Position numbers and translations under genes: made by a program
In this document: positions 50,915 through 62,440 of the stretch, one piece after another
How the letters are laid out: each line of letters begins with the position of its first letter
Position numbering within the stretch: the first letter of the stretch is position 1
The notes under the pieces: generated by a model
What the model saw: the letters and a program-made list of their open reading frames with translations, nothing else
Databases searched by the model: none
What the model was told of the DNA's origin: nothing
NCBI RefSeq assembly: GCF_018350175.1
Contig: NC_058368.1
Span: 215,390,001 to 215,454,000, forward strand
Source: Felis catus
Taxonomy: Eukaryota
DNA: 64,000 bases
Reading direction: 5' to 3'

Positions 50915-51459
50915 AGTGAGAACACATGGTACTGTGTAACCTCTCCTGGTGGATTATTTCATATATCATTTTAAGTGGGCAATAAAAGATATTGCTATTT
51001 AAGTCATTAAGAATAGTGACTTTACAATGGGGCACTTGCAAAAAAAGATGGCATTAATTTTCCAAACAATTCTGCCTAGAAAATCTGTAAGGACAGCCTT
51101 GGTAATGGAAATAAGTCAGAAGTTCTTTCTACTCCAGATCCTTGTTGAGCTGGTCTTTTTAGTAGAATCCCATGGTCTTTGTTTCACATCAGTGTCTTAG
51201 TTTTATCCCTTGACAAAACAAGAAATATAATAAATGTGTGTCTAAGGATCCATGCCCTCACTTCAAATTAATTCTGTTCCATTTTCCATTGCTAGGATTA
51301 AAATCTCAGAGCTTTCTCCCATGGTTTAAGGTGGTCACTTTGTGCTTCTTAAATTTATATAGAACATCTAAAATGAATTCTTTTGATATTATTGTTTGAC
51401 CTTTTGTACCTGTCTCTATAATAACAGAAACAGCAGGTTATAATTATATAATAACTTAC

Positions 51460-51604
51460 CTGTGTTTTGGTCTTATGGTGTTTGTTTTTCCGTATACGGT
51501 TTCAAAATATAAAATGCTTTGAGGAAAGGGTAGATTTTCTTGTTTGATGGTTACCACTAAGGTCTGATGGTTATCAACAAAGCAATCTTCATATTATATA
51601 TGGT
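51460..51604 (-). other. Candidate non-coding exon (145 nt)
   Basis: Acceptor ttttttttcattttcaag|, donor CAG|gtaagt; stops in all three frames. Confidence 0.35.
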
Positions 51605-52249
51605 CTTGAAAATGAAAAAAAAATTGTTTTCAAAATCAGTGTAATCCACTCTTGTCTTAAAGCAATACCACTATCTACTAACTAATATGCTAACCACCCT
51701 CACAGAATTCCATATTCATTACTTCTTGAAATCACTTGGGTGATATTCATTTGGTAGATTCAAAAGTTATATGATTTTTTTAGTCAAATAGCTTTTATTT
51801 TGTTAAAAAATGTCATGAACAGAATAATAAGCCATCCAGGACCTATAATGGTAAATGTAGATATCAATTAACATTGTTTTACTGGGGGAAAAATCTATGT
51901 AGAGTATCTGTGGACTAAAGAATCTTATTTCCATGCATCAAAAGACGGTCTAATGATTTCTCATGGTTTTACTACAACAGACATGGTGCCTTACACGTGT
52001 GTCTATAGTAAGTGGATCTACTTTGGGGGGAAGTTAATAATCAACCCATTTTCTAGTTTAAATTCTAAAAAATACCATCATTGGACATTGTTACAGTACA
52101 TCTTAATTCAGCTAACAGTATAAACCTATAAAACCTTAAGTGTTATTTCATATTCAGTCTTCTGTATGTCTTAAAAATATTAAAAGTGGCTACACACAAG
52201 AAAGGTAAAAGTATCCATTAATCCAAGAATATTCTTGAAACAATGTAGA

Positions 52250-52472
52250 CAGTGGTTCCATGAACTTGAGTCAGTCTGCTGAGTTTAAATTTTGGTTTCA
52301 CCTACTGGGTGTGTCACCGTGGGAAAGTTATAAGACTCCTTCAACTATCAGCTTCCTCATCTATAAAATAATTCCAGGACTTAATTCCTGGGTTATTGTG
52401 AAGGCTACATGATAGAGTATATGAGATGATTAGAACAAATCAAGGTACCAAATAGCACAAATTAAGTGGCAG
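52250..52472 (+). mobile_element. MIR
   Basis: tcagcttcctcatctataaaat...gggttattgtgaagg core. Confidence 0.75.
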
Positions 52473-52877
52473 TTAATTTGTGAGCTGGTCCAAACTATTA
52501 GCTATGTTTTTCCTTCCAGGAATAAGAGAATTACTAAATAGCACTCAAAACCGTTATTTGTAAAGCTAAAAAAAAAAAAAAAGTGATTTGCTGAAGAGAT
52601 AGCATCAGAATCTCTCATTTTACCATTTGGGCATTTTTTTTTTTTTTGGCACAGGAAAGTTGATTCTTTCCTAGCAAGCACCTAATATACCTTGTTTGCC
52701 TTTTGAAAATTTATGCTGCTATTAAACATCAAAAATTGTGTCACATGGAAATGCCTTCCTGGGAGGGTGTGCTGTTACTGTTGAATCATCTGTTTGTGCT
52801 ATCATTAGGTACAAAAGCTTTGAAGTAAGACCTGAAGCCAAAATTCTCACAGATGTTGCATGGAAATAAACTTCAAA

Positions 52878-53048
52878 AAGGATGCACAGCGCTCATTCAT
52901 AGACAGGTAAACATCTGTGAAAGAGAGAAAGGAAAGTGTGAGAGACAGAGAGGCTCACTTAAAGGCTTAGCTTTGAACAAAACAGGCCCCAGGCCTTTTC
53001 TTTCAAATTGATGTCTCTATTTATATGGCTTCCTGCCTCTCTTCTAGT
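52878..53048 (-). repeat. Right arm of ~165-bp long-range inverted repeat
   Basis: cttagctttgaacaaaacaggccccaggcc (52966-52995) is the exact reverse complement of 50799-50828. Confidence 0.95.
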
Positions 53049-54139
53049 TAACTATTGAAGTCTCCGTCTTTGAACTAATTTACATTGACCTCTCCCTTAA
53101 CTCCCACTAGTTTCTTTTAAAGTAAGGTTTGTTTTCCCTAATGAGGATCGGCTGTGAGCAAGGGCGACCAAAAGAAAATAAGTTCCCTTTTAACAAGTTA
53201 GGCCTCTACTTAGGCTGATATTTGGAGGAGAGGCCAAGAATACATAGAAGATCTTGAGTCTGCGGGTTTAAAATTGAAGATCCTGTAAATGCAAGGTGTT
53301 TAGACTCACCACATATTTCTTTTTAAAGAAACTATATTCCAGACACTAAGGCTATAAAATAAAGACAAGCAAAGTGATAAAAAGAATGACCATTTTTGAT
53401 GGCCTTGGGCCATCAATTAAACTTTCTCTATTTTTTATAAATGCACAAAATTTAGATCGAGTTTTACCTTCATAAAATTATTCTTTTTCTGTTCATTTTA
53501 TCAACAGATGGTTTAGAAGTACTAACACCATCACACAATGAACAAGAAAGCAAAACTACAAATCAGAAAGGGTCAATCTATCAGAATGATAACTTGATCT
53601 CTCAAAGCCTACAGCTTGCTCAAAACCCCAAAATAATTTCATCAAACAGCATTGTAACTGGAGATAAACAGCCCAGCTCTCTTTGAGTTTTCAGGTCTTT
53701 TGTCTTCCATTATTAGTTTATCATATGATTTATTTTTCAAAAAACAAGGATCTGACAAATTTGTGCCACTAAATCCCTTCACTACTTTGATCTTCATTTA
53801 TGCTTTAGGGCAAAACAGCTTATGTGATGCTCTGCTTTATGGAATGTAGATTCTTTGCCCTTCATGTACAAGCCAAGCTTCCTCACCTCCAAGCATTCTG
53901 GAACTGATCGATGGCAAGTGTGCCTCAAAAAGTCTTTTCTTATCCTCAGTAAGAATATATCAATAAATAGGAAAGGATGACGATGCTACCAAAGCCTGTG
54001 AGCACAGCTTCTCCTTTCATCAGCTCTGCTGATGTTACCTCTGGCTCAGGGGTTCCATCTCCTCTGCCTCTATGGGATACATCAGGATTGCTTTGACAGA
54101 AAGGCCCAAAGGCATATGGCAGAAAGTTTCTTGCTTTTT

Positions 54140-54351
54140 TTTTTTTTTCAACGTTTATTTATTTTTGGGACAGAGAGAGACAGAGCATGAACGGGGGAGG
54201 GGCAGAGAGAGAGGGAGACACAGAATCGGAAACAGGCTCCAGGCTCTGAGCCATCAGCCCAGAGCCTGACGCGGGACTCGAACTCACGGACCGCGAGATC
54301 GTGACCTGGCTGAAGTCGGATGCTTAACCGACTGCGCCACCCAGGCGCCCC
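54140..54351 (-). mobile_element. Young SINEC_Fc-type element with TSD
   Basis: TSD aagtttcttgcttttt at 54124-54139 and 54352-54367. Confidence 0.96.
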
Positions 54352-54980
54352 AAGTTTCTTGCTTTTTAAGCCTGCTTTTATTGGCTCACCAGTTCATCGA
54401 AGTAGCTCAAATGATAACCAGGGAGCTGGTAAGGTAATCCAAAGAGTGCTGTCCTCAGATTCTGAGTTAATAAAAAAGAAGGCAAACTCATCTGAGTGAA
54501 CATACTTTGTTCTCAAGATAAAAAGAAAATAGGGTAGTCCTCTGGCTAATATTATTTTATTTTTATTACAATATTTTTATATTCTTTTCCTTAAGAGATC
54601 ATGGGTTTTATGTCACAAAAACACGGATGGAAATTCTGACTTTATCAGTGATGAGCATTGTGACTGAGGAAATCAGATTAATCCTATAATCACCTTGAAA
54701 TCCAGTCATCTCCACTACCTGTGGGTTTGAACCCAGCTCTAAATCGAGACAGTATGCTGATTGAGGTTTTGTGATGTGTCAATGACATGTGTTCATGTTT
54801 TGGATTATAATAGACACAGAAATAATCACTTAGCATGAATTCTGTTGGAAAAACAAAAAACATACAATCAAAAAACAAAAGCTTAAGACACTTTATCTCT
54901 GCCTGGTTAAATACACCTACCTCAAGAGCTTGAGTTCCCTGACTTCATTCACTATCCCTATACCTTTTGGTGTTTATTGG

Positions 54981-55391
54981 CCATAATGCATTGAATCATG
55001 GTCCTCAAAAGATATGTCCATGCCCAGTTATCCAGAACCCTTGGCTATTGCATAGCAAAGGTATGATTAAGTTAAGGATCTTGAGAGGAATGATTTCTCT
55101 TGGATTAGCCAGGTGAGCTTTAAATGCAATCGCATTATCTTTGTGAGAGAAAAACAGGGTTTTGAGACAGAGGAGAAGATCCAGACAGATTAGAGCAATG
55201 CACCCACAAGCCAAAAAATCATCTGAAGTCCCCAGACGCTGGATATTCCATCTAGCTTTTGGAGGGAGTGTAGCCCTGCACCACCTTGATTTAGCACTTT
55301 TGGCCTCTACGACCATGAGAGAATACATTTCTACAGATTTAAGCTATCCAGCTTTTGATAATTCTTTATACCAACCATAGGAAGCTAATGC
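54981..55391 (+). mobile_element. MLT1C/D-like MaLR LTR
   Basis: tcaaaagatatgtcca...gattaagttaaggatcttgag...ccctgcaccaccttgatttag...ccataggaagctaat. Confidence 0.85.
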
Positions 55392-55814
55392 GTTGCCATT
55401 TTATCACTTTGAACCTTCTGTATGTGTTTGGGAAACCTTATCAGTAGACTGCTAGGATCGTCAATGTGGAAATCACATGTTGCTTCTCTTTGCGTTGGAT
55501 TCAGTACTTAGCACAATTTCTTACACATAGCAGGGGCTAAAAGAAAATTCTTAAATGGAGTATTGAATGGCACATTAGTGAGAGAATTCTTCAGGAAACA
55601 GTCCCAAAATACAAAGATTAAGAATAGACTGGTAAATATTCGGTAAGGTAGACCAACTATTAAGAGATCTATCTTTAGGGGAAAAAATAAAATGAAACAT
55701 TCATTTTTACACTGAACAAATTAAGAGCATGGAACAGTAAGGAACTGTGACTGACAAGTCTAATTGACAAGCTAAGGGAAGAATTAGTAACAATTTTTGT
55801 AGATTGATTATACT

Positions 55815-56390
55815 TCCAGTGTCCAGTTCAACTTGTAAGGAGCTTGGGAGTGGTCACTGTCTTCCTCACAACAAGAAAAAAGATGGATAAACTGAAAGTC
55901 ATCGACTCTATTTAGTCATCAGTGAGTCAAAACCACGTGGCAGACTGTTTCCCTTAAGACTAGAGAGATAGGTGAATACAGAGAATCACAGCTTATTGGG
56001 TGGATGAGTCCTGAAGTGGAACATAATCTTGTCACTAGTGTCAATCCTAATAGGAAAACAGACTGCGATTGACAAATTGCTAGAATCCCAGTGTGCACTA
56101 GTTTGGGAGTTAAAATCTCCACGTGGCCCCAGTCTTTCACAAATTTTATGTCCAGGAGTCCCATCAGGGACTCTAATCAGTGAAGGTTAGAGAAAAATCA
56201 TCTCCTACATCTGGCAGGGGAAGAGTAAAAGCCACTGCTCTGGAATAGGCCTCTATCTGTTCTTCTTAACAAGGCCTGCCCTCAAGGGAAACTAGTTTAG
56301 CAGAGCCTGTTTGGAATTTATCTAAGTCCAAAGACCCGGCAGAAGGGAAGTCACCAATTCTAGCCCTCCAGCTCTTTGAAAGAGAAGAAA
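55815..56390 (+). mobile_element. Old L1M 5'UTR fragment
   Basis: gtaaggagcttgggagtggtcact...cacaacaagaaaaaag...actgaaa; resembles 17500-17751 on the opposite strand. Confidence 0.7.
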
Positions 56391-56821
56391 TTAGTAGATG
56401 ATATATTAGAATACGTGTTTAGGAAAGAGACGTGTAATGAAAGAGTATTAATTCTTTTAGCGGATTAGAGAAGTTACCACCCAGAGTGACTGGTTAGGGG
56501 CATCCTGGCCATCACCAAGACCGTTTGATACAGAATCCAAGAAAATTCAACACCAGGACTCAAGACAACTACTGATGGATGGACTCTGGCAAAATTAATA
56601 AATTAATCAAAAATGAGAAAGCATGGAGGTCAGAAAACAATGGATGCTACATAATGGAGGAAGTCCTAGGTTGAAGATGAATGAAAGTGTGAGGAGGAAG
56701 ACTGTGCAGCAAGACTAGGGAGCAACCAGTCCAAAAGGGGATGGAAGAACTACCTGTAAGAAAATATTATGGTTAGGAAAAAGTAGAATAGATCTGCAGG
56801 ACCATTTGGAGAAAACTATTT

Positions 56822-57036
56822 AAAAAAATTTTTTTTACATTTATTTATTTTTGAGAGACAGAGACAGAGCACAAGTTGGGGAGGGGCTGAGAGAGAAGGA
56901 GACACAAATTCCGAAGCAGGCTCCAGGCTCTGAGCTGTCAGCACAGAGCCTGATGCAGGGCTCCAACCCACAAACTGTGAGATCATGATCTGAGCCGAAG
57001 TCAGACGCTCAACCGACGGAGCCACCCAGGCGCCCC
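56822..57036 (-). mobile_element. Can-SINE with TSD
   Basis: TSD tgg[a/c]gaaaactattt. Confidence 0.93.
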
Positions 57037-59099
57037 TGGCGAAAACTATTTTTAAATAGAGAATAAAAGGCAAAGGAAACACTGAAATAATTATCTTCAG
57101 GAAAACGTGAGAGTGTACAGAAAGGACATTTAATAATGTGCACAATTGGGCGATGTAGTGAGCACACTTTACATATTTTTCCTCTATGTGTATATTTGTC
57201 AATTTCCTTAACTAAAGGGAAGAAAAGAGGTCTTTATATTTCCTAAGGGTGAATTAGTTTTTTTAAAAGAATACCCATAAAAATACATATTGCAGAGAAG
57301 AGGTTACAGCTAGATTGGTGGTGATCAGCAGATAAATTGCTAATCTGTTGTACATTCTCAGACTTTGTAAAGTTGTACTCCCTGAAAAACATTTTATGTT
57401 AAGTGGTACTTATGCATATTTTGGCTTTAACCAGTTTTTTGTTTCTGCAGCAAAATTGTTTAAAATATTATAATACAAGTATATTTTCCTTCTTCATTTC
57501 TCTTTTCTCAGTCTTGTTGAACTTTGTTTTCCCCTTCAAACTCTTTCCCACCTCATTACTTTCCTTCTTTTACAGTCTCATCCCTTCTTAAAATATAGAG
57601 CTGTTTCTCTTCTAAAGGATACACAAGAATATGTGCATAGATGGAAATGAACTGGGATTCTGTACACCTAGATTTTGTACCATTTCAAATCCATACTTCT
57701 GGCATATTATGTTCCCATATAGTACCATTTTATTGTTCTTAAACTGATTAGTTATATTTCCCTGGGTCTCACTTTGTTTCTTCCTTTGATAGGTAACAAA
57801 AACACTTCAAGAAATGTATCATTGTGCTCTTAGAATGGTTTTCTCTAAGCATTGTTTGGAGTTCTCAGTTTAATATGGAAATAAATTATTCATATAACTT
57901 ATGCACTTTGTTGCATAAAAAGTACATACTAAACATGGACTAATATATATTTTCTATCTTCACAATTCTTAGTTCAATCATGTAACATTTATAAAGAATC
58001 CTATATATCAATCTTTCTTACAGACTGGTCTACGAAGTTCTACATCAATAATAGTTTCTCACTAATTTATTACTGACAAATAAAAACAGCTACTCTTTGA
58101 GGCCTATATTATTATATATAATTTAATATGAGGAAATAGAGACTTAGATGAGTAGTTCTCAAGGTGGCCTTGTTAATAAATAAGAGATGCTGCTGATATT
58201 TATATTTAAATTCACACATTTAAATCCAAATTTGATATATATTAAATATTGACTGATATTGTAAACATTGATAGATATTGGTGACTATTATATGTCATGA
58301 TAATTAATGTTATATAATATTCATTTGATTTTGTCTATTTTTTAGACTCACAATAGGCTAGCAAAAAGGAAACAAAACAACTTTTCTATAAGAATAGTTT
58401 TTTTTAATGCATGATGTGGAATTGAAAAGTAAAATTCAAAAGATCAATAATGTATACATAATAATGGATGTTATTGACTTCTTAAATTGTCGAAAGTAAA
58501 TATGTTAGCATAAGCCTGCACAAGATTTAATTATAGGCTCAAATAGACAGATCCATCTCTAGAAGCAGAGTGTAAAGCATTTCCAGTGACAGGCCATGGA
58601 GTCCCTCTTATTGAATTCTGCTCAATAGCTAAAGAAACAGTCATCAATTTGGTGACTTAAACATTTAATTTTCTAGAGACATCAGAGTAAACACCCAGTG
58701 GAATGAGAATTATGCACACAATTACAATTTGTATTGCAAACAACAACTAGCACTGCAAAGTGACATAAAATAAGGTTTGCAACAACTGAGATATTTAACA
58801 TACTCCTGACTAAGAAAGCTCAGCATTGTAAATATATTTTCCCTTGTGAGTGTGTGTGCGTGTGTGTGTGCACACCAAAAATTAATAAAAATTTCACACT
58901 TAAACTAATTAGCTTAAAAATTAGTCTGGAAAAGAAATGGAGAATCATTTACCTCACTTTCTTTGGTACAAGTTTGTACTTCTGTTTGTTTTTCTTGTAT
59001 AGCCTCGGTCCATATTCATTAAACTGGTCCATCTGGCCATATTCATTAAACTGCTATCTCCAGGCTTATGCCCCACTTGGGTCATGTAAAAAAATAATA

Positions 59100-60720
59100 C
59101 AAGATCCAGCCAAGCGGATGGCCTTGTCAATCAACTGCCTCCAACTGTCTAGCAAACCCATCCTGTTCCTCTCCTCATGCATTTTCACAATTACTGGGAA
59201 AGGACAAGTTCTAAGTTTTTCACTCTCTTCGGGCTTTCAAGATCCTCATGTTCCTCTTTACTTTAAGGTGACAAGATTTTTCACCAACTACACAGAAAAA
59301 TAGAGCACATTAGGACATAACCTCTTCAAATTCATAGCTCCAAATCCCCAGACACATTTTTTTCTTCCTGTCCCATATTTACACATCCAAGGCCATCTCT
59401 GTTAGTGCCCTGAATATGACTAAATTTTCAGGAAACTTGTAATATTCATTACTTATTATCTTCTATGAATCTCCTGACTCCCCTCATTTACTAGACATCT
59501 TTGACAGCTTAAAAAAATGTTCTTAATGTATCTCTCATAAAGAACATATTAAAAAAAAAACTCTTCACAATATATATGAGGATCCTCTGTGCTATCTTTG
59601 CAACTATTCTCTAAAAGCCTAAAATTACTTTGGAACACGAACTTGAAGACCTAGAATTCTACTTCCTTTTACCAATGTTAGCCTACGTCTCCATTCTTTT
59701 TCGTAAACAAATTTTGTGGAAAAAGTTTCTCCACTCCTTTCACTTCCAAACCATTTGGAGTTTATGGTTAATGCCCCAAAGGACCACACCAGGGATTTCC
59801 ATCCAATACATCTGATAAGCAACTTTAGACTCAACTGTTTTTATTTAGCAGCAGTGTTTCACACAGCCCAGCACACCTCCTTTTTGAAATATGACTATTG
59901 TCACTTTCTTTTGTCAAAATAGGATCATAGATTTTTGTTCCCTGAGGTCCTTTGTGTATAAATTCCAACTATCGTGTAGGACTGTCAACCAGGCCCTCTT
60001 CTCTCTCCTGGCTTATATTGCTACGTACATGAAATAACTTCCCAATCAAAATCTCTAGTCCAGGCAACTCTGTTGTTATTTATAATGTGCCTACATTTAA
60101 TAATTCCCATTGGGTGTTTAAAAATACACCCTAGAGTTAATGTAATCAGCTCTCCTTTTACCAATGTTTCCTTCATCCAGACTCTTCAGTTTCAGTGAAT
60201 GGGCAGCCATTCATCTGTGTTTGAACTATACATCTTTGAGTCATCCTTAAATCACTCCTGCATATTCTCTCACCAATTTATCACCAAGTCCTCTTTCTAA
60301 AGTGGACTAAAGTCTTTCTGAAGTCCTCCTCAGTCTCAGTTTTATGCAATATTTTTGAATCTACACTCGGACAACTACATTGACTTCCTAAATACTTTTT
60401 CCACTTTTATGTTTGTGGAATCCACTCCACACACCACGACTAGAGTGATCTTTAGAAATACAAATCTAATCATGTGACTCCATATTATAATCTTATGGCA
60501 TACAATCTCTAATGTATGGCATGGAAAAATACATGTAACTCCTATCATAGCTTCCCATCCTCCTTCTCTAATCCTAGCTTCCATTGGCCCAATATTCCTG
60601 CCCTCCCCTTATTTTCTTTGGATAAATATGTTTCCATTTCCAGTAGATTTTCACACATGGTTTTCCCTCTGCTTGGAGGATTGTGTCATCACTTTGTCCA
60701 TTAAAGAATCCTACTCTGTA
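59100..60720 (+). mobile_element. Degraded L2 fragments
   Basis: L2-like text (gcagcagtgtttcacacagc...ctcctttttgaaa; ctagagtgatctttagaaatacaaatctaatcatgtgactcc). Confidence 0.6.
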
Positions 60721-60741
60721 TTCGTATATCACTGTATTTTC

Positions 60742-60944
60742 TTTAATGTTTATTATTTTTGAGAGAGAGATAGAGAGTACAAGTTGGGGAGGGACAGAGA
60801 GAAAGGGGGACAGAGGATGTGAAGCAAGCTCTGCCCTGATAGCAGAGAACCAGATGAGGAGCTCGAACTCAAGAACCATGAGATCATGACCTGAGCTGAA
60901 AACAGGGGTAGGATGCTTAACCAACTGAGCCACCCATGCTCTCC
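60742..60944 (-). mobile_element. Can-SINE
   Basis: Reverse SINEC ending ttaaccaactgagccacccatgctctcc. Confidence 0.88.
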
Positions 60945-61271
60945 TACATCTCAGTCAGTTAAAACATCCTCTGACAGTCTTTACCTTACCGGCTCTTAGC
61001 TTTTGTCCATCTAGGTTTCTAGAACACCTAGGAGTCTTTCTGTCACTTTGCATAGTGACAGATTTCATAGCAGGACATGATGGACACGTACATACACAAC
61101 ATACATTACATTTCCTTCTGGTAAGAGTATAGTTTATTTAACTTCAAAAAATTTCCCTGTCATCTGCATATCTCTGCGGCATTGCACAGAGTAGAGGTTT
61201 TCCCTTCACCCCCACTCAAATAACCATGAACTTGTATTGTTCTTAAATGCAGTTTTAGGTACACTAAATAT

Positions 61272-61735
61272 TTATTGGCTTGGGCTGCCATAACAAAATA
61301 TCATATCATAGGTGGCTTAAACCACAGAAATTTATTTTCTCACCATTCTGGAGGCTGGAAAGATCAAGATCCATGTCTGGCAGAATTTACTTTCTGTTGA
61401 GAGGGCTCTTCTTGATTTGCAGATATCCATTTTCTTGCTGTGTCCTCACATGACAGGGATAAAGAGATGAGCGAGACAGAGACAGGCAGATAGAGGTGAG
61501 AGATAGGAAGAGATTGAGTTGGCGGGGGAGGGGGAAGATGGACAGAGAGCGAGCTCTCTGGTGTCTCTCCTTATAAGGACACTAACTACACTAACCCTAT
61601 CCTATCAGGACCTAACTCTTATAACACCATTTAAATTTAATTACCTCTTTATAGGCCATGTCTTCAAACATAGTCACATTAAAGGTTAGAGATTCAGCAT
61701 ATGAATTTTGGGGAAAATACAACTGAGTACCTAGC
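61272..61735 (-). mobile_element. MLT1A/B-like MaLR LTR
   Basis: gggctgccataacaaaata...ggcttaaaccacagaaattt...tctccttataaggacacta...catatgaattttgggg. Confidence 0.88.
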
Positions 61736-61999
61736 ACTAAATATGGATTGGTTAGCTATATGGCTGAAGTACTGGCTCACTTTTTGATGGTATTCTATTA
61801 GCTGTACTTGTTAACTGTACATGGATCAAACATATCTATGTTCCAGCAGACTCTTCCAAATTATGAACTTAAACAGCTCTCTTATCTTTAGGGGAATTCT
61901 CAAGAAATCCATCCTTAAGTACTTAAGAAGCTACATAGTAAATGTCTTATGGTATATAAGTATATATCTTTATAGATATCTATATAGATATAGATATAT

Positions 62000-62440
62000 A
62001 ATTATAGTTGACACGTGATGTCACATTAGTACAGGTTACAACATAGTGATGTGACAACTTTATATCTTAGGTTAAACTCATCACAAATGTAGCTATTGTC
62101 TGTCACCATACAACACTGTTACAATATCATTAACTATATTCCTTATCCTGCACCTTTCATTCCTGTAACTTCCATAAATTGAAGCCTGTGTCTCCCATTC
62201 TTTTTCACCCCTTTTGCCTATCACCCAGTCCCTCTCCCCTCTAGTAACCACCAGTTCTTTGTATTTATGGGTCTGTTTTTGCTTTTTGTTCATTTGTTTT
62301 GATTTTTAAATTCCACACATAAGTAAAATCACACATTTGTCTTCCTTTTAGTTCACTTAGCATAATACCCTTTAGGTCCACCCATGTTGTCACAAATGGC
62401 AAGATCTCATTTTTTTTTATGGCTGAGTAACACTCCTCTG
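62000..62440 (-). mobile_element. L1 3' end (L1MA9/L1_Carn-like)
   Basis: Antisense 3'UTR; ORF 62265-62540 'YSAIKKNEILPFVTTWVDLKGIMLSE' is the ORF2 C-terminus. Confidence 0.88.

Noticed and set aside
59009..59053. 17-bp direct repeat ccatattcattaaactg
   Set aside because: Small local duplication with no evident function.
58854..59303. 149-aa ORF
   Set aside because: Starts in a GT repeat, low-information composition, overlaps L2-like sequence, no splice support.
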